Shown here one piece after another: positions 1 to 10,777 of a DNA stretch of 61,991 bases; position 1 is the stretch's first letter; the number at the start of each line of letters is the position of its first letter. The position numbers were made by a program, and so were the translations under genes. Below the pieces are notes generated by a model. It ran no database searches, was not told the origin of the DNA, and was given only the letters and a program-made list of their open reading frames with translations. The DNA is taken from contig JABDKT010000096.1 in assembly GCA_013002065.1 (NCBI GenBank), forward strand, positions 1 through 61,991. Direction: 5' to 3'. This DNA comes from Flavobacteriaceae bacterium. GTDB lineage: Bacteria > Bacteroidota > Bacteroidia > Flavobacteriales > Flavobacteriaceae.

Positions 1-382
1 ACCCTCCAATAATGTTCAGGATATTGCAATCGACGAATTAAACGGACACGTCTATTTTGCCACCATAAATGGCTTGGTCGCTTTTGATGGCACTTCAACC
101 GCGCCACGTGATAACTTAGAAAATGTGTATGCATTTCCTAATCCGGTACGTCCCGGTTTTACCGGCAATGTGACCATCGACGGACTCACAGCCAATGCAA
201 ATGTCAAAATTACCGATATAGAAGGCAATCTTGTTTTTGAAACTACCAGTGAAGGTGGAAGTGTGCTCTGGGACACGACCGCTTTTGGTAATTATAGAGT
301 TGCATCAGGCGTTTATATGGTTATGATTACAACAGACGACGCGCTGGAGACCAAGGTCTCTAAAATCATGATAGTTCGATAA
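1..382 (+). CDS. porZ: T9SS component PorZ-like protein, 3' part (5' end outside window)
   Basis: Frame from nt 2 is open (PSNNVQDIAIDELNGHVYFATINGLVAF, propeller-type repeat), then a T9SS CTD (VYAFPNPV...ASGVYMV...KIMIVR). Lies directly upstream of recO, the usual Bacteroidota context. Confidence 0.75.
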   Translation, partial: PSNNVQDIAIDELNGHVYFATINGLVAFDGTSTAPRDNLENVYAFPNPVRPGFTGNVTIDGLTANANVKITDIEGNLVFETTSEGGSVLWDTTAFGNYRVASGVYMVMITTDDALETKVSKIMIVR

Positions 383-383
383 G

Positions 384-1103
384 ATGCAAGTCTCTACACG
401 TGCACTCGTTTTTTCTTCTATCAAATACGCAGAAGCCGACCTAATTGTAAGTTGTTTTACAGAGGACTTCGGACTCAAGAGCTACCTTCTTCGAGGTGTA
501 ATGAAGTCGAAAAAGGGAAAACTTCGACCTTCACTATTTCAGCCATTAACATTGTTGCAGTTGGAGGCGGTGCACAAAGATAAAGGCAGCTTAGAAAATA
601 TTAGAGAAGCAAAACTTTTGCATCCTTATAAAACATTGCACACCGAAATTGTAAAATCATCTTTGGTGCTTTTTTTGGCTGAAATGTTAAAAAATTCCAT
701 TCAAGAGGAAGAACCGAATGAAGAATTATTTAAATACTTGGAACAAAGTGTTTTTTGGCTGGACCATCATGAGAATGTGTCGAACTTCCACTTGCTTTTT
801 CTACTCAATCTCACCGTTTATTTAGGCTTTTATCCCGATACGTCGAATTTGGAGGCTCCCTTTTTAAATTTGATGGAAGGAAATTTTCAAAAAGAAGCCT
901 TCGGAGATTATTGTGAAGCAGGAGATAATGTAGAGGTTTTAAAACAGTTCTTCGGCATAGATTTTGATGCTTTAGAGAACATAAAAACCACCAAAAAACA
1001 ACGATTAGGGGTCCTTAATTTGTTATTGTTGTATTATCAATTACATTTGCAGGGCTATAAAAAACCGAAGTCGCTTTTGGTGTTAAACCAACTATTTAGC
1101 TAA
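384..1103 (+). CDS. recO: DNA repair protein RecO
   Basis: N-terminal OB-fold pattern (IKYAEADLIV..FTEDFG..SY, LFQPLTLL), LGFYP motif, 239 aa. Confidence 0.93.
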   Translation: MQVSTRALVFSSIKYAEADLIVSCFTEDFGLKSYLLRGVMKSKKGKLRPSLFQPLTLLQLEAVHKDKGSLENIREAKLLHPYKTLHTEIVKSSLVLFLAEMLKNSIQEEEPNEELFKYLEQSVFWLDHHENVSNFHLLFLLNLTVYLGFYPDTSNLEAPFLNLMEGNFQKEAFGDYCEAGDNVEVLKQFFGIDFDALENIKTTKKQRLGVLNLLLLYYQLHLQGYKKPKSLLVLNQLFS

Positions 1104-1105
1104 GC

Positions 1106-3514
1106 ATGCGAATCCTCCTTTATCTCCTATGTTTCATAGGATTTTCTATATATACCTACGCTCAAAATATACAGGTTCTTAGCGAGGATAATTTGGTGCC
1201 AATTTCCGGGGTCGCAGTGTATAATAATGATAAATCGAAAAATGGAATTACCGACTTCGACGGTTATGTGAATATTTCAGCATTTGAAAATGATGAAACT
1301 ATTAATTTTCAGCATCTTGGACACCTCACTTTTACCATTCTGAAATCGGAAATTTTACAAAACAAAGTAACACTTCAAATTAACGCCAGTACTTTAGACG
1401 AGATCGTACTTTCCGTAGCAAAGTTTGGACAGAAGAAAAAAGATATTCCTCAACAAATTGTGAGCGTGACTAGTGAGGATGTGGTTTTCAGAAATCCGCA
1501 AACTGCCGCCGATTTATTAGAAAGTAGTGGGCAGGTTTACGTGCAGAAGAGTCAGTTAGGCGGAGGAAGCCCTTTAATTCGTGGGTTTTCTACGAATCGT
1601 CTTTTAATTACTGTCGATGGAGTAAGATTTAATACCGCCATATTCAGAGGTGGAAATGTTCAAAACGTCATTTCCATCGATCCGTTTTCTGTAGATCGAA
1701 CCGAAGTTATATTGGGCCCCGGCTCTGTGGTATACGGAAGTGACGCCGTGGGAGGCGTCATGAATTTTTATACTAAAAAACCTCGATTTTCATTCGAAAA
1801 AGGCTTGGATTTCTCCGGAAATGTGCTAGGCCGTTATGCCTCGGCGAATAACGAAAAAACCGGCCACTTCGACTTAAATTTCGGAATGAAGGAATGGGCA
1901 TTTTTAACTAGTGTTTCATTTAGTGATTTCGACGATCTGAAAATGGGAAGTAATGGTCCGGATGATTATTTAAGAAATGAATATGTTGAAACCATAAACG
2001 GAATCGATACGGTAGTCGCAAATGAAGATCCCATGTTACAGCGTTTTACAGGCTACAACCAACTCAATTTTATGCAGAAGGTACGATATGCACCGTCTAA
2101 ACAATGGGATTTCAACCTTGGATTGTTTTACACAACCACCAGTGATTATCCCAGGTATGATAGGCTAATTCGAGAGCTAGATGGCGAACTTCGTTCGGCA
2201 GAATGGTATTATGGCCCCCAAGAATGGATGAGTGGAAATCTACAGATTTCACACCAGCAGGATGGGGTTGCGATGTTTGACGACAGTAAATTTACCATAA
2301 GCTACCAGCAATTTAAGGAGAGCAGAAACGATCGCGATTTTGGGGATTCGATTTTGTTCGAATCAGATGAAAAAGTAACGGCTTACAGCGGTGGGTTGGA
2401 TTTTACCAAAAAGTTGGGGAAGAGTAATCTTTTTTATGGCGCCGAATATGTCTTCAATAAAGTAGGAAGTGAAGGACGCCAAACCAACATTAATACCTCT
2501 GTTTCAGAACCGGATGCGTCCAGGTATCCCGACGGTGCGACATGGCAATCTATGGCGGTATATGCAAGCTTGCAGAGTAAACTTTCTGACGTAGTTTCAT
2601 TTCAAGGTGGGTTGAGGTACAACCATATTTTAGTGGATGCCGATTTTACCGAGAACAACAATTATTTCGATCTGCCCTTTTCCGAAGCAAACGTAAATAC
2701 CGGCGCTCTCACTGGAAGTGCGGGAATCACCTGGCAACCTAGCAAAGTACTAAGTTGGCGACTCAATTTTGGAACTGCTTTTAGAGCTCCTAATGTGGAT
2801 GATGTTGGAAAAATATTCGATAGTGAACCGGGGAGTGTTGTAGTGCCTAACCCCGATGTAGAAGCAGAATATGCTTATAACGGTGAATTAGGGGTCGCCT
2901 TAAATTTTGACGAAGTTTTGAAATTAGATTTTGCCACCTATTATACTTTTCTGAAAGATGCCTTGGTAAGACGGGATTTTAGTTTAAACGGTCAGACCGT
3001 AATTGACTATCAAGGCGAACCAAGTAATGTACAGGCTATTCAAAATGCGGGACGTGCAGAGGTGTATGGTTTTGAAGCAGGGTTGGAACTAAATTTCAGC
3101 AAAGAATTACAATTGCGATCGCAGTTTAATATCACCGATGGTTTTACCTTGGAAGAGGATGACAGTGAAGTTCCTATTCGACATGCGGCACCTCCCTTTG
3201 GAAACACTCATTTATTGTTTCAAAAAGAAAAATGGAAATTGGACGCATTCGTGGATTACAATGGGAAATTCGATTTCGAGGACTTAGCTCCAAGTCAGCA
3301 AAATAATGCATTCCTCTACGCATTAGATGCTGAAGGAAATCCGTATTCACCATCGTGGTACACACTCAATTTTGCGGCACAATATCAAATCACCGATGAA
3401 TTACGACTAACGACAACCCTCGAAAACATAACCGATCAAAGGTACCGGCCATATTCAAGCGGAATAGCAGCACCTGGTAGAAATTTAATTATTTCGGCGG
3501 GGTATAAGTTTTAA
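1106..3514 (+). CDS. TonB-dependent outer-membrane receptor
   Basis: Signal peptide, plug motifs (GGGSPLIRGF, EVILGPGSVVYGSDAVGG), FRAPNVDD, C-terminal PGRN...GYKF. Confidence 0.92.
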   Translation: MRILLYLLCFIGFSIYTYAQNIQVLSEDNLVPISGVAVYNNDKSKNGITDFDGYVNISAFENDETINFQHLGHLTFTILKSEILQNKVTLQINASTLDEIVLSVAKFGQKKKDIPQQIVSVTSEDVVFRNPQTAADLLESSGQVYVQKSQLGGGSPLIRGFSTNRLLITVDGVRFNTAIFRGGNVQNVISIDPFSVDRTEVILGPGSVVYGSDAVGGVMNFYTKKPRFSFEKGLDFSGNVLGRYASANNEKTGHFDLNFGMKEWAFLTSVSFSDFDDLKMGSNGPDDYLRNEYVETINGIDTVVANEDPMLQRFTGYNQLNFMQKVRYAPSKQWDFNLGLFYTTTSDYPRYDRLIRELDGELRSAEWYYGPQEWMSGNLQISHQQDGVAMFDDSKFTISYQQFKESRNDRDFGDSILFESDEKVTAYSGGLDFTKKLGKSNLFYGAEYVFNKVGSEGRQTNINTSVSEPDASRYPDGATWQSMAVYASLQSKLSDVVSFQGGLRYNHILVDADFTENNNYFDLPFSEANVNTGALTGSAGITWQPSKVLSWRLNFGTAFRAPNVDDVGKIFDSEPGSVVVPNPDVEAEYAYNGELGVALNFDEVLKLDFATYYTFLKDALVRRDFSLNGQTVIDYQGEPSNVQAIQNAGRAEVYGFEAGLELNFSKELQLRSQFNITDGFTLEEDDSEVPIRHAAPPFGNTHLLFQKEKWKLDAFVDYNGKFDFEDLAPSQQNNAFLYALDAEGNPYSPSWYTLNFAAQYQITDELRLTTTLENITDQRYRPYSSGIAAPGRNLIISAGYKF

Positions 3515-6078
3515 GCCGAATTGCGACTCGCATTAATATTTCCGAAGAGAGAACGCGTCACCATCTTTTCATAAGTTTCAATCAATTTTGGATCACCGTT
3601 TTCATTCCTTAATTTTTGAATCTCTTTTAAAGCATACTGCTGAATTGTCAATAGTGGCAACACAATTTTCTCCCTCACTTCAATAGATGCTCGCATCGCC
3701 CGCGAATCTTGCATTAATCTTTCGTATCCGGTGAGTTTTAAAAGTAGAGCCTTGGTACGCTCGTATTCCTCATAGATCTGCGACCAAAATTCACCAAATT
3801 CAGGATCGTCCCTCATATAGGCGGTGAGGGCAAAGAAAGATTTGGTCAAACTCATCATGCTATTCTCCAACAAGGTTTTAAAGAAGGTAGAATTTTTGTA
3901 CAAAGAAATCACTTTCTCAAACTCTCCTTTTTTCTCAAATTCGGAAATGGCAAATCCTACTCCATAAAACCCGGGAACATTTTGTTTTAACTGACTCCAA
4001 CTGCCCACGAAAGGAATAGCTCTGAGATCACTAAATACTAATTCGGTACTTTTTCCTCTCTTGGAAGGTCTACTTCCAATATTGGTTTTAGCATAAAACC
4101 TTAAGGTGCTCATTTTTTCCAAATAGGGTAGGAACTTTGGATGACTTTTAAATTCCTTATAAGCCTCATAACTCATTTCGGCCAATTGATTCATTGTATT
4201 TCTGTCTTCTTCACTCAACACAGCTTCCTCGTCACTAAAGACTGCATTTTCAATACCAGAACTAAGCAATTGCTCCAAATTATATTGACAACTTTCCGGG
4301 GTTCCAAAGTTGGAACTTATGGTTTGCCCCTGAATGGTTAATTGAACTTCTTCATGCTCAATAGTGTTCCCCAACGAAGCATAAAACTGATGGGTTTTAC
4401 CACCGCCTCGTGCTGGCGGACCACCTCGCCCATCAAAGAAAATAGCCGTGATTCCATACTTTCGAGAGATCTCGGTAAGCCTTTCCTTGGCTGTAAATAT
4501 GCTCCAATTTGCCATTAAGTATCCTCCATCTTTTGTTCCGTCACTAAATCCAAGCATTATGGATTGGCGCATTCCTCTTCTTTCGAGATGTTGTCCATAA
4601 GACGGATTACTATACAGCGTCTCCATAACTTGATCGGCAACCAATAAATCATCCACGGTTTCAAACAATGGGATCACATCGACAGTGGGTTCTTTCCAAT
4701 CGCAGAGACGGATCATGGCAAAGGCCTCTAAAACATTTACAACACTTCCATTATTACTAATGATATAACGATTACAGCCTTGTTCTCCATTGGTTTTCTG
4801 AATTTCTTTCATCGCATAGATGGATTCCAGCGTATTTTGAGAGATTTCTGAGGTCAATTTCGAGGTATCAACCTTACCGTAAAGATTACTTAGAAATTCA
4901 ATTTTTTCCGAATCGCTCATGTCGGAATAATTCGCGGGGAACAGTTTTGGATGATCGGCTGCAATTCCCTCAATGGCAGTTGTATGAACTCTTGAATCTT
5001 GCCGAATGTCTAAGGCTGCGAAAAACAATCCGAAGAGCTGTACTTTGTGAATTAAATCCTCCACCTTATCCACAAATAAACTTTGGTGTTTTTCTTCCAA
5101 AAGACGCTTAATTTCTTCAAGTGTTTTCAATATTTTTTCTGAAGAAATAGTCACTTCCTTACCATCGGTAAAGGCATGATCGTATATCTCTTTTTCCAGA
5201 GCAGCGCTAATTTCAACTACACCATCGAAGGTGATACGGCGCCGAAGTTTTCGTAAATCCCGGAAATAATTTTTAAGAACAGTTTTTCGAAGCCTATCGG
5301 CAACTTTCAGAGTAATTTCGGTAGTTACAAAAGGGTTTCCGTCTCTATCGCCTCCCGGCCAAAATCCCAATTGTAAAATCTGATTTTCCATTGGGGATTC
5401 TTCGAATATATTGTTTTGAATATAGCTGTAGATTGTACTCGCCGCATGATAAAACACATTCTCCAAATACCAGATAAGACTCACAGCTTCGTTGTATGGA
5501 GTTGGTTTTTGCTTCTTGAAAAAAGGAGTTTTACCAAGCTGCGCTAGCAATAGTTTTATTTGATCTAACTGGTTGTCTTCAATCGCTTTTGCCAGGTCGG
5601 TAATGATCCCTAAAACCGCACCAGGATAAAACTGAGTAGGATGTGCTGTTAAAACAGGTCGAACCTTAAAGCGCTGCAAATACTCTCTTAAGGCTTCCGA
5701 TTTATTTTTAGCTTCGGCTTCTTCTTTTACCTGTCGCATGGTGCCATGCCCATCCATATTGTTTATTTGAGTAAATGCCGCATCCTCGATGGCGTCGAAC
5801 AACACTACCTGTCTTTCGATATATTGGATAAAACGGAAAAGTAAATTGATTTGGCGCTTTGGAGTCCTATGTTCCTGATATTTACTAAAAAATTCCTGAA
5901 CGATTTCCGTCGGATTTTTATTTTCAGAAAAACCCTTATCACATACATTTTGAAACAACGGAAGCAATACTCCTGTATTCGAAATCGCATCGAAGGGTAA
6001 GGTCATAAAAATACTGTTGTAAATTTGGTATTTAGACAGCACATGCTGTTCAAAACGTTCTTTTTTAGTATGACGCAT
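3511..6078 (-). CDS. ppc: Phosphoenolpyruvate carboxylase
   Basis: VLTAHPTQ, GGDRDGNP, MLGFSDGTKDGG, GRGGPPARGGG, LRAIPF, C-terminal RNSA. Confidence 0.96.
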   Translation of the reverse strand: MRHTKKERFEQHVLSKYQIYNSIFMTLPFDAISNTGVLLPLFQNVCDKGFSENKNPTEIVQEFFSKYQEHRTPKRQINLLFRFIQYIERQVVLFDAIEDAAFTQINNMDGHGTMRQVKEEAEAKNKSEALREYLQRFKVRPVLTAHPTQFYPGAVLGIITDLAKAIEDNQLDQIKLLLAQLGKTPFFKKQKPTPYNEAVSLIWYLENVFYHAASTIYSYIQNNIFEESPMENQILQLGFWPGGDRDGNPFVTTEITLKVADRLRKTVLKNYFRDLRKLRRRITFDGVVEISAALEKEIYDHAFTDGKEVTISSEKILKTLEEIKRLLEEKHQSLFVDKVEDLIHKVQLFGLFFAALDIRQDSRVHTTAIEGIAADHPKLFPANYSDMSDSEKIEFLSNLYGKVDTSKLTSEISQNTLESIYAMKEIQKTNGEQGCNRYIISNNGSVVNVLEAFAMIRLCDWKEPTVDVIPLFETVDDLLVADQVMETLYSNPSYGQHLERRGMRQSIMLGFSDGTKDGGYLMANWSIFTAKERLTEISRKYGITAIFFDGRGGPPARGGGKTHQFYASLGNTIEHEEVQLTIQGQTISSNFGTPESCQYNLEQLLSSGIENAVFSDEEAVLSEEDRNTMNQLAEMSYEAYKEFKSHPKFLPYLEKMSTLRFYAKTNIGSRPSKRGKSTELVFSDLRAIPFVGSWSQLKQNVPGFYGVGFAISEFEKKGEFEKVISLYKNSTFFKTLLENSMMSLTKSFFALTAYMRDDPEFGEFWSQIYEEYERTKALLLKLTGYERLMQDSRAMRASIEVREKIVLPLLTIQQYALKEIQKLRNENGDPKLIETYEKMVTRSLFGNINASRNSA

Positions 6079-6146
6079 TATTTCGAAATTGAAAGATTAA
6101 AGGTACGCAAAAATATACGTATTGTTAGTGTTTACAAGGGATGAAC

Positions 6147-6164
6147 TACGAAAACGTTTGCGTA
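6147..6164. promoter_or_regulatory. LacI/GalR-type operator-like palindrome between divergent ppc and DASS transporter
   Basis: TACGAAAACGTTTGCGTA, an 18-bp palindrome with one mismatched pair and a central AAACGTTT. Confidence 0.55.
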
Positions 6165-6257
6165 AAATTAACGGTCTTTCGAAAGTTTGAACAATGAGTA
6201 AGTTTTTAAATATGGTGAATCAAAGCCTGTTATAAAGGATTCCATTACTTAAACAAT

Positions 6258-7718
6258 TTGTGTAGCTTTGACGCCGTGCATACGTATTCAATATTCAAAC
6301 GACTTGCGTTCATAGTGGGGCCATTGGTCTGCATCCTCTTTTTATTGATTCCCGGCCATGTATTTTCGGAAACTCTGGATCCCGTGATAGCCGTTGCATT
6401 TTGGATGATCATTTGGTGGATCAGTGAAGCAGTGTCAATATCGGTAACCGCTTTACTTCCTCTAGCTCTGTTTCCGCTGTTGGGCGTGATGGATATCAAA
6501 GATGTGTCAGGGAATTACGCCAATCCCATTGTGTTCTTATTTTTTGGCGGATTCGTAATTGCACTCGCCCTTGAGAAGGTGAATTTACATAAACGAATCG
6601 CCTTGTCCATTTTGAAGCTCACCGGCACAAAAGCAAATGGGATCATCTTTGGTTTTATGTTGTCAACAGCCCTTATGAGCATGTGGATTTCCAATACGGC
6701 ATCAACAGTTGTAATGCTTCCAATTGCGGTTTCTGTTATCAGGTTGCTAATGAACGATGAGGACGGATTCACCAAAAACGACCGAAATTTTGCCCTTTCA
6801 ATTATGCTTGGAATCGCATTTGGTGCCAATATTGGCGGAATGGCGACTTTAATTGGCACCCCTCCAAATTCGGTGATGCTGGCATTTCTAAACGAAAATT
6901 ACCAGATCGATATCGGATTTTTTCAATGGATGAAACTGGGAGTACCCTTAGCTGCTATTATGTTGACGATCACATACTTTTTAATCACCAGGGTTTTTTA
7001 TAGAAATGGATTAGGAAATATAGCAGCCTCCGGAAACATCATCGATAACGAACTAAAGAAACTAGGCCCGTTATCCAAAGGAGAAAAAGTAGTCCTCGTT
7101 GTATTTTTGCTAACCGCCCTTGCGTGGGTGTTGAGAGGCAGCCTCAATACGTGGTTTCCCAATCTCGGCCTTACAGATACTACCATAAGTATGATCGCTG
7201 CATTGGCTATGTTTATTGTCCCACTGAATTTTAAATTGGGCCGTTTTCCTTTACGATGGCAGGATACCGAGATTCTTCCATGGGGGATATTGATATTATT
7301 TGGAGGAGGACTTGCTCTGGCTTCCGGGCTTACTCAGGCCGGATTTATAGATGCAATTGGGGATTTTATTTCACAACAAAAAGACTGGAGTGTGTGGGTG
7401 ATAACCGCAGTACTTATTGTCCTCATGCTATTTATGACCGAGCTAATGAGCAATGTGGCATTGGTTACCATATTGGTTCCATTGGTGGTAGGAATAGCCA
7501 TTGGTCTGGATTCTCCAATTCTGCAAATGGTTATTCCCGTAACCTTGGCCGCAAGTTGTGCTTTCATGCTACCTATGGCCACACCACCCAATGCTATAGT
7601 ATTTGCTAGCGGACATGTAAAAGTCCATCAAATGGCCAGAATAGGAGTTGTCTTAAATATCATATCCATATTACTCCTAATTACTGTGGCTTACTACATG
7701 GTTCCGCTACTTTTTTAG
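6258..7718 (+). CDS. SLC13/DASS family Na+/dicarboxylate (or sulfate) symporter
   Basis: SMWISNTAS, GGMATLIGTPPN, TELMSNVA, AFMLPMATPPNAIVF motifs; many TM helices. The TTG start is uncertain. Confidence 0.9.
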   Translation: MCSFDAVHTYSIFKRLAFIVGPLVCILFLLIPGHVFSETLDPVIAVAFWMIIWWISEAVSISVTALLPLALFPLLGVMDIKDVSGNYANPIVFLFFGGFVIALALEKVNLHKRIALSILKLTGTKANGIIFGFMLSTALMSMWISNTASTVVMLPIAVSVIRLLMNDEDGFTKNDRNFALSIMLGIAFGANIGGMATLIGTPPNSVMLAFLNENYQIDIGFFQWMKLGVPLAAIMLTITYFLITRVFYRNGLGNIAASGNIIDNELKKLGPLSKGEKVVLVVFLLTALAWVLRGSLNTWFPNLGLTDTTISMIAALAMFIVPLNFKLGRFPLRWQDTEILPWGILILFGGGLALASGLTQAGFIDAIGDFISQQKDWSVWVITAVLIVLMLFMTELMSNVALVTILVPLVVGIAIGLDSPILQMVIPVTLAASCAFMLPMATPPNAIVFASGHVKVHQMARIGVVLNIISILLLITVAYYMVPLLF

Positions 7719-7758
7719 AAAATTGTAGTGCTGCGTTTATAGATTCAAGGGAGATCGA

Positions 7759-9666
7759 TCATAAAGCATTTTCCATAATTTCCTGTACTACATCGGGATT
7801 CAATAAAGTACTTGTGTCACCCAAATTTGAAGTGTCCTTTCCGGCAATTTTCCGCAAGATTCTTCTCATAATTTTTCCACTACGGGTTTTGGGTAAGCCG
7901 GAAGTAAATTGAATTTTATCCAACTTTGCAATAGGGCCAATGCGTTCGGTTATCAACTGATTGATCTCCTTACTTAGGTTGTCTTGATCACGACCTTCCC
8001 CAGCCTCTTTCAGAATTACATATCCGTAAAGGGCATTTCCTTTTACCTCATGCGGGAATCCTACAATAGCACTTTCCGCTACTGCCGGATGTTCGTTTAT
8101 AGCGTCCTCAATGGGCGCAGTTCCCAGATTGTGTCCGGAAACAATGATAACATCATCAACACGACCGGTAATTCGATAATAACCGGTGGCATCTCTCAAG
8201 GCACCGTCTCCCGTAAAATATTTGTCTTTGAAAGTGGAGAAATAGGTTTCTTTATATCGTTGATGATTCCCCCAAATGGTTCTAGCCATTGACGGCCAAG
8301 GAAATTTCACGCAGAGCCGGCCGTTGGTTTGGTTCCCAGTAATTTCATCACCATTCTCATCCATTAGACAAGGCTGGATTCCCGGAAGTGGTAAGGTAGC
8401 AAAAGTGGGTATGGTAGGCGTCGAAAATGGGATAGGTGAGATCATTATGCCCCCGGTTTCGGTCTGCCACCATGTATCTACTATAGGGCTTTTCTTTTTT
8501 CCAATATTGTCGTTGTACCAATGCCAGGCTTCCTCGTTAATAGGTTCTCCAACCGTACCTAACACTTTCAAACTCGACAAATCATACTTTTCTACAAAAC
8601 TCAAATTTTCTTTTGCGAGAGCACGAATTGCTGTAGGTGCGGTATAAAACTGGTTGATTTTATGCTTTTCAACAATCTCCCAAAATCTTCCCCAATCGGG
8701 ATAATTGGGAACTCCTTCGAACATAACCGTCGTGGCGCCGTTTGCCAACGGTCCGTAAACGATATAACTGTGGCCCGTAATCCAACCTATATCGGCCGTA
8801 CACCAATACACATCGTTTTCCGAATATTGAAATACATTTTTAAAGGTATAAGCACTGTAAACCATATATCCGGCAGTAGTATGCACCATTCCTTTTGGCA
8901 TACCGGTTGAGCCTGAGGTATATAAAATAAAGAGAGGATCTTCAGCATTCATAATTTCGGCATTGCAATCTTTATAAGCAGCTTCGAGCAAGGGTGCTAA
9001 CCAAAAATCACGGCCCTTTTTCATAACAATTTCAGAATTGATTCTTTTGGCGACCAGAACCGTTTCTACACAAGAACAACTTTCCAGAGCTTTATCAACA
9101 ATGCCCTTTAAATCTATAGTTTTATTTCCGCGGAAGGAACCGTCGCTGGTAATCACTATTTTACAATCACTATCGTTGATTCGAGTCGCTAATGCCGCCG
9201 CCGAAAAACCTGCAAATACGACAGAATGAATCGCTCCAATGCGAGCGCAAGCTAATACTGAAATAGCCAATTCCGGGATCATGGGTAGATAAATACATAC
9301 CCGATCTCCTTTCTGGATGCCCTGATCTTTTAGCACATTTGCCATTTCACAAACGCGTTCGTGAAGTTCCTTATAGGTGATGTGTTCGGGCTCCTCGTTG
9401 GGGTCGTTCGGTTCAAATAGAATGGCTGTTTTATCCCCTCGAACATGAAGATGTCTGTCGAGGCAGTTTTCAGTAATATTCAATTTTGCTCCTTCAAACC
9501 ATTTAAGTTCTGGTTTGCTGAAATCCCACGATAAAACGTTGTCCCACTTCTTTCGCCATACAAAATTTTCTTCGGCGATTTCTTCCCAAAACAGTTCAGG
9601 ATGTTGCACCGATTTCCGATACACTTGAAAATATTCTTCCAGATTTTTGATGTGATATTGACTCAT
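7759..9666 (-). CDS. acs: Acetyl-CoA synthetase (AMP-forming)
   Basis: LYTSGSTGMPKG, DTWWQTETGG, GRVDDV, PKTRSGKIMRRILRK. Confidence 0.96.
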   Translation of the reverse strand: MSQYHIKNLEEYFQVYRKSVQHPELFWEEIAEENFVWRKKWDNVLSWDFSKPELKWFEGAKLNITENCLDRHLHVRGDKTAILFEPNDPNEEPEHITYKELHERVCEMANVLKDQGIQKGDRVCIYLPMIPELAISVLACARIGAIHSVVFAGFSAAALATRINDSDCKIVITSDGSFRGNKTIDLKGIVDKALESCSCVETVLVAKRINSEIVMKKGRDFWLAPLLEAAYKDCNAEIMNAEDPLFILYTSGSTGMPKGMVHTTAGYMVYSAYTFKNVFQYSENDVYWCTADIGWITGHSYIVYGPLANGATTVMFEGVPNYPDWGRFWEIVEKHKINQFYTAPTAIRALAKENLSFVEKYDLSSLKVLGTVGEPINEEAWHWYNDNIGKKKSPIVDTWWQTETGGIMISPIPFSTPTIPTFATLPLPGIQPCLMDENGDEITGNQTNGRLCVKFPWPSMARTIWGNHQRYKETYFSTFKDKYFTGDGALRDATGYYRITGRVDDVIIVSGHNLGTAPIEDAINEHPAVAESAIVGFPHEVKGNALYGYVILKEAGEGRDQDNLSKEINQLITERIGPIAKLDKIQFTSGLPKTRSGKIMRRILRKIAGKDTSNLGDTSTLLNPDVVQEIMENAL

Positions 9667-9722
9667 GGTATTACTGCTGAAATTCTAGTGGAACTAAGGT
9701 AAGCAAGTTTCCGCATTTGTGG

Positions 9723-10394
9723 TCACTTTTGAATGATTCGGAGCGCTTCTTTTCTACTTAGCGGTTGAAGATTAGTTTTATTGGCATATTGTAGAACCCA
9801 TCCCGGATTGGTTTTGCTGTATTCCCTTAGCACCCAACCAATAGCTTTATTGATAAAGAATACGGATGAGCCTAACAAGGGTTCAATGGTGCGTTCGAGT
9901 AAGTCGGTATCGAGTTCATCTTTGTATTTCAATTGAAATAATAAAGCCGAACGTTGCAACCAAAAATTTCCGGAGGCCAACCATTTTTTCACGTAACCTT
10001 CCCTAAGATTCGGATATTTCAGAAAGTAAGAACCCATAAGATGTGAAGCAATAAAATCGACCGTGTCCCACCAAGAATTCTGAGTTACCATATATTCAAA
10101 AAGTTGAATGTCTTCTTCGGAAAAGTGACGGGTGTATTTCTTGGCGAGATCCATGGCGAAGTATTGAAACTCCCGTTGAGGTTTATCCCAAAATGCCTTT
10201 ATTATAGCATGCAGATCTTCTTTATCCGGAAGCGCAGTTTTCACTAATAGTTTCTTCTGAAGGCCCTTTCTAACAGGAGATTTTAATCCATAAAACTCGA
10301 ATTTATTCCGCATATAAGCTTTTTGTCCTTCAGCAATATGAGCATTTGCGTGAGATGAAAAGACTTCTTCCAACCATTCCACATACTCATTCAT
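9723..10394 (-). CDS. DNA alkylation repair protein (AlkD-like)
   Basis: AYMRNKFEFYG, SWWDTVD, FFINKAIGWVLREYSK. Confidence 0.85.
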   Translation of the reverse strand: MNEYVEWLEEVFSSHANAHIAEGQKAYMRNKFEFYGLKSPVRKGLQKKLLVKTALPDKEDLHAIIKAFWDKPQREFQYFAMDLAKKYTRHFSEEDIQLFEYMVTQNSWWDTVDFIASHLMGSYFLKYPNLREGYVKKWLASGNFWLQRSALLFQLKYKDELDTDLLERTIEPLLGSSVFFINKAIGWVLREYSKTNPGWVLQYANKTNLQPLSRKEALRIIQK

Positions 10395-10776
10395 GACCCG
10401 GAAGTGCTTTTTTTAGGTAGTATCCGGTTACGATTAAAATAAAACCAAGGAGAGGGATGAGCATGGTGATTATAAAGGTGGTGAGAAAAAAGTTTCCTCC
10501 TCTGAAATTGTAAAAGTATAGCATCCATAAACCGATGACTACAACTAGAAATCCGCCAAATATATGTCGTTTGCAAGCGATTAATGAAAGAACGAACAGA
10601 GCGATCCAAGGTAAAGCATTGGGGCTGTTTTTCACCAGAGCTGAAAGTCCATTACCATAAGCCTCGGCACCTGAAAACAAGGAAAACACTAACAAAACGA
10701 GACTCACAACACACAAAGTGTATCGTGCAAAATTCATAGCCCATCGGACATATCGTAGCGATTCATTTTGCTCCAT
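10387..10776 (-). CDS. Hypothetical membrane protein (about 4 TM)
   Basis: Four hydrophobic segments; tightly packed between neighbouring genes. Confidence 0.7.
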   Translation of the reverse strand: MEQNESLRYVRWAMNFARYTLCVVSLVLLVFSLFSGAEAYGNGLSALVKNSPNALPWIALFVLSLIACKRHIFGGFLVVVIGLWMLYFYNFRGGNFFLTTFIITMLIPLLGFILIVTGYYLKKALPGHE

Positions 10777-10777
10777 T

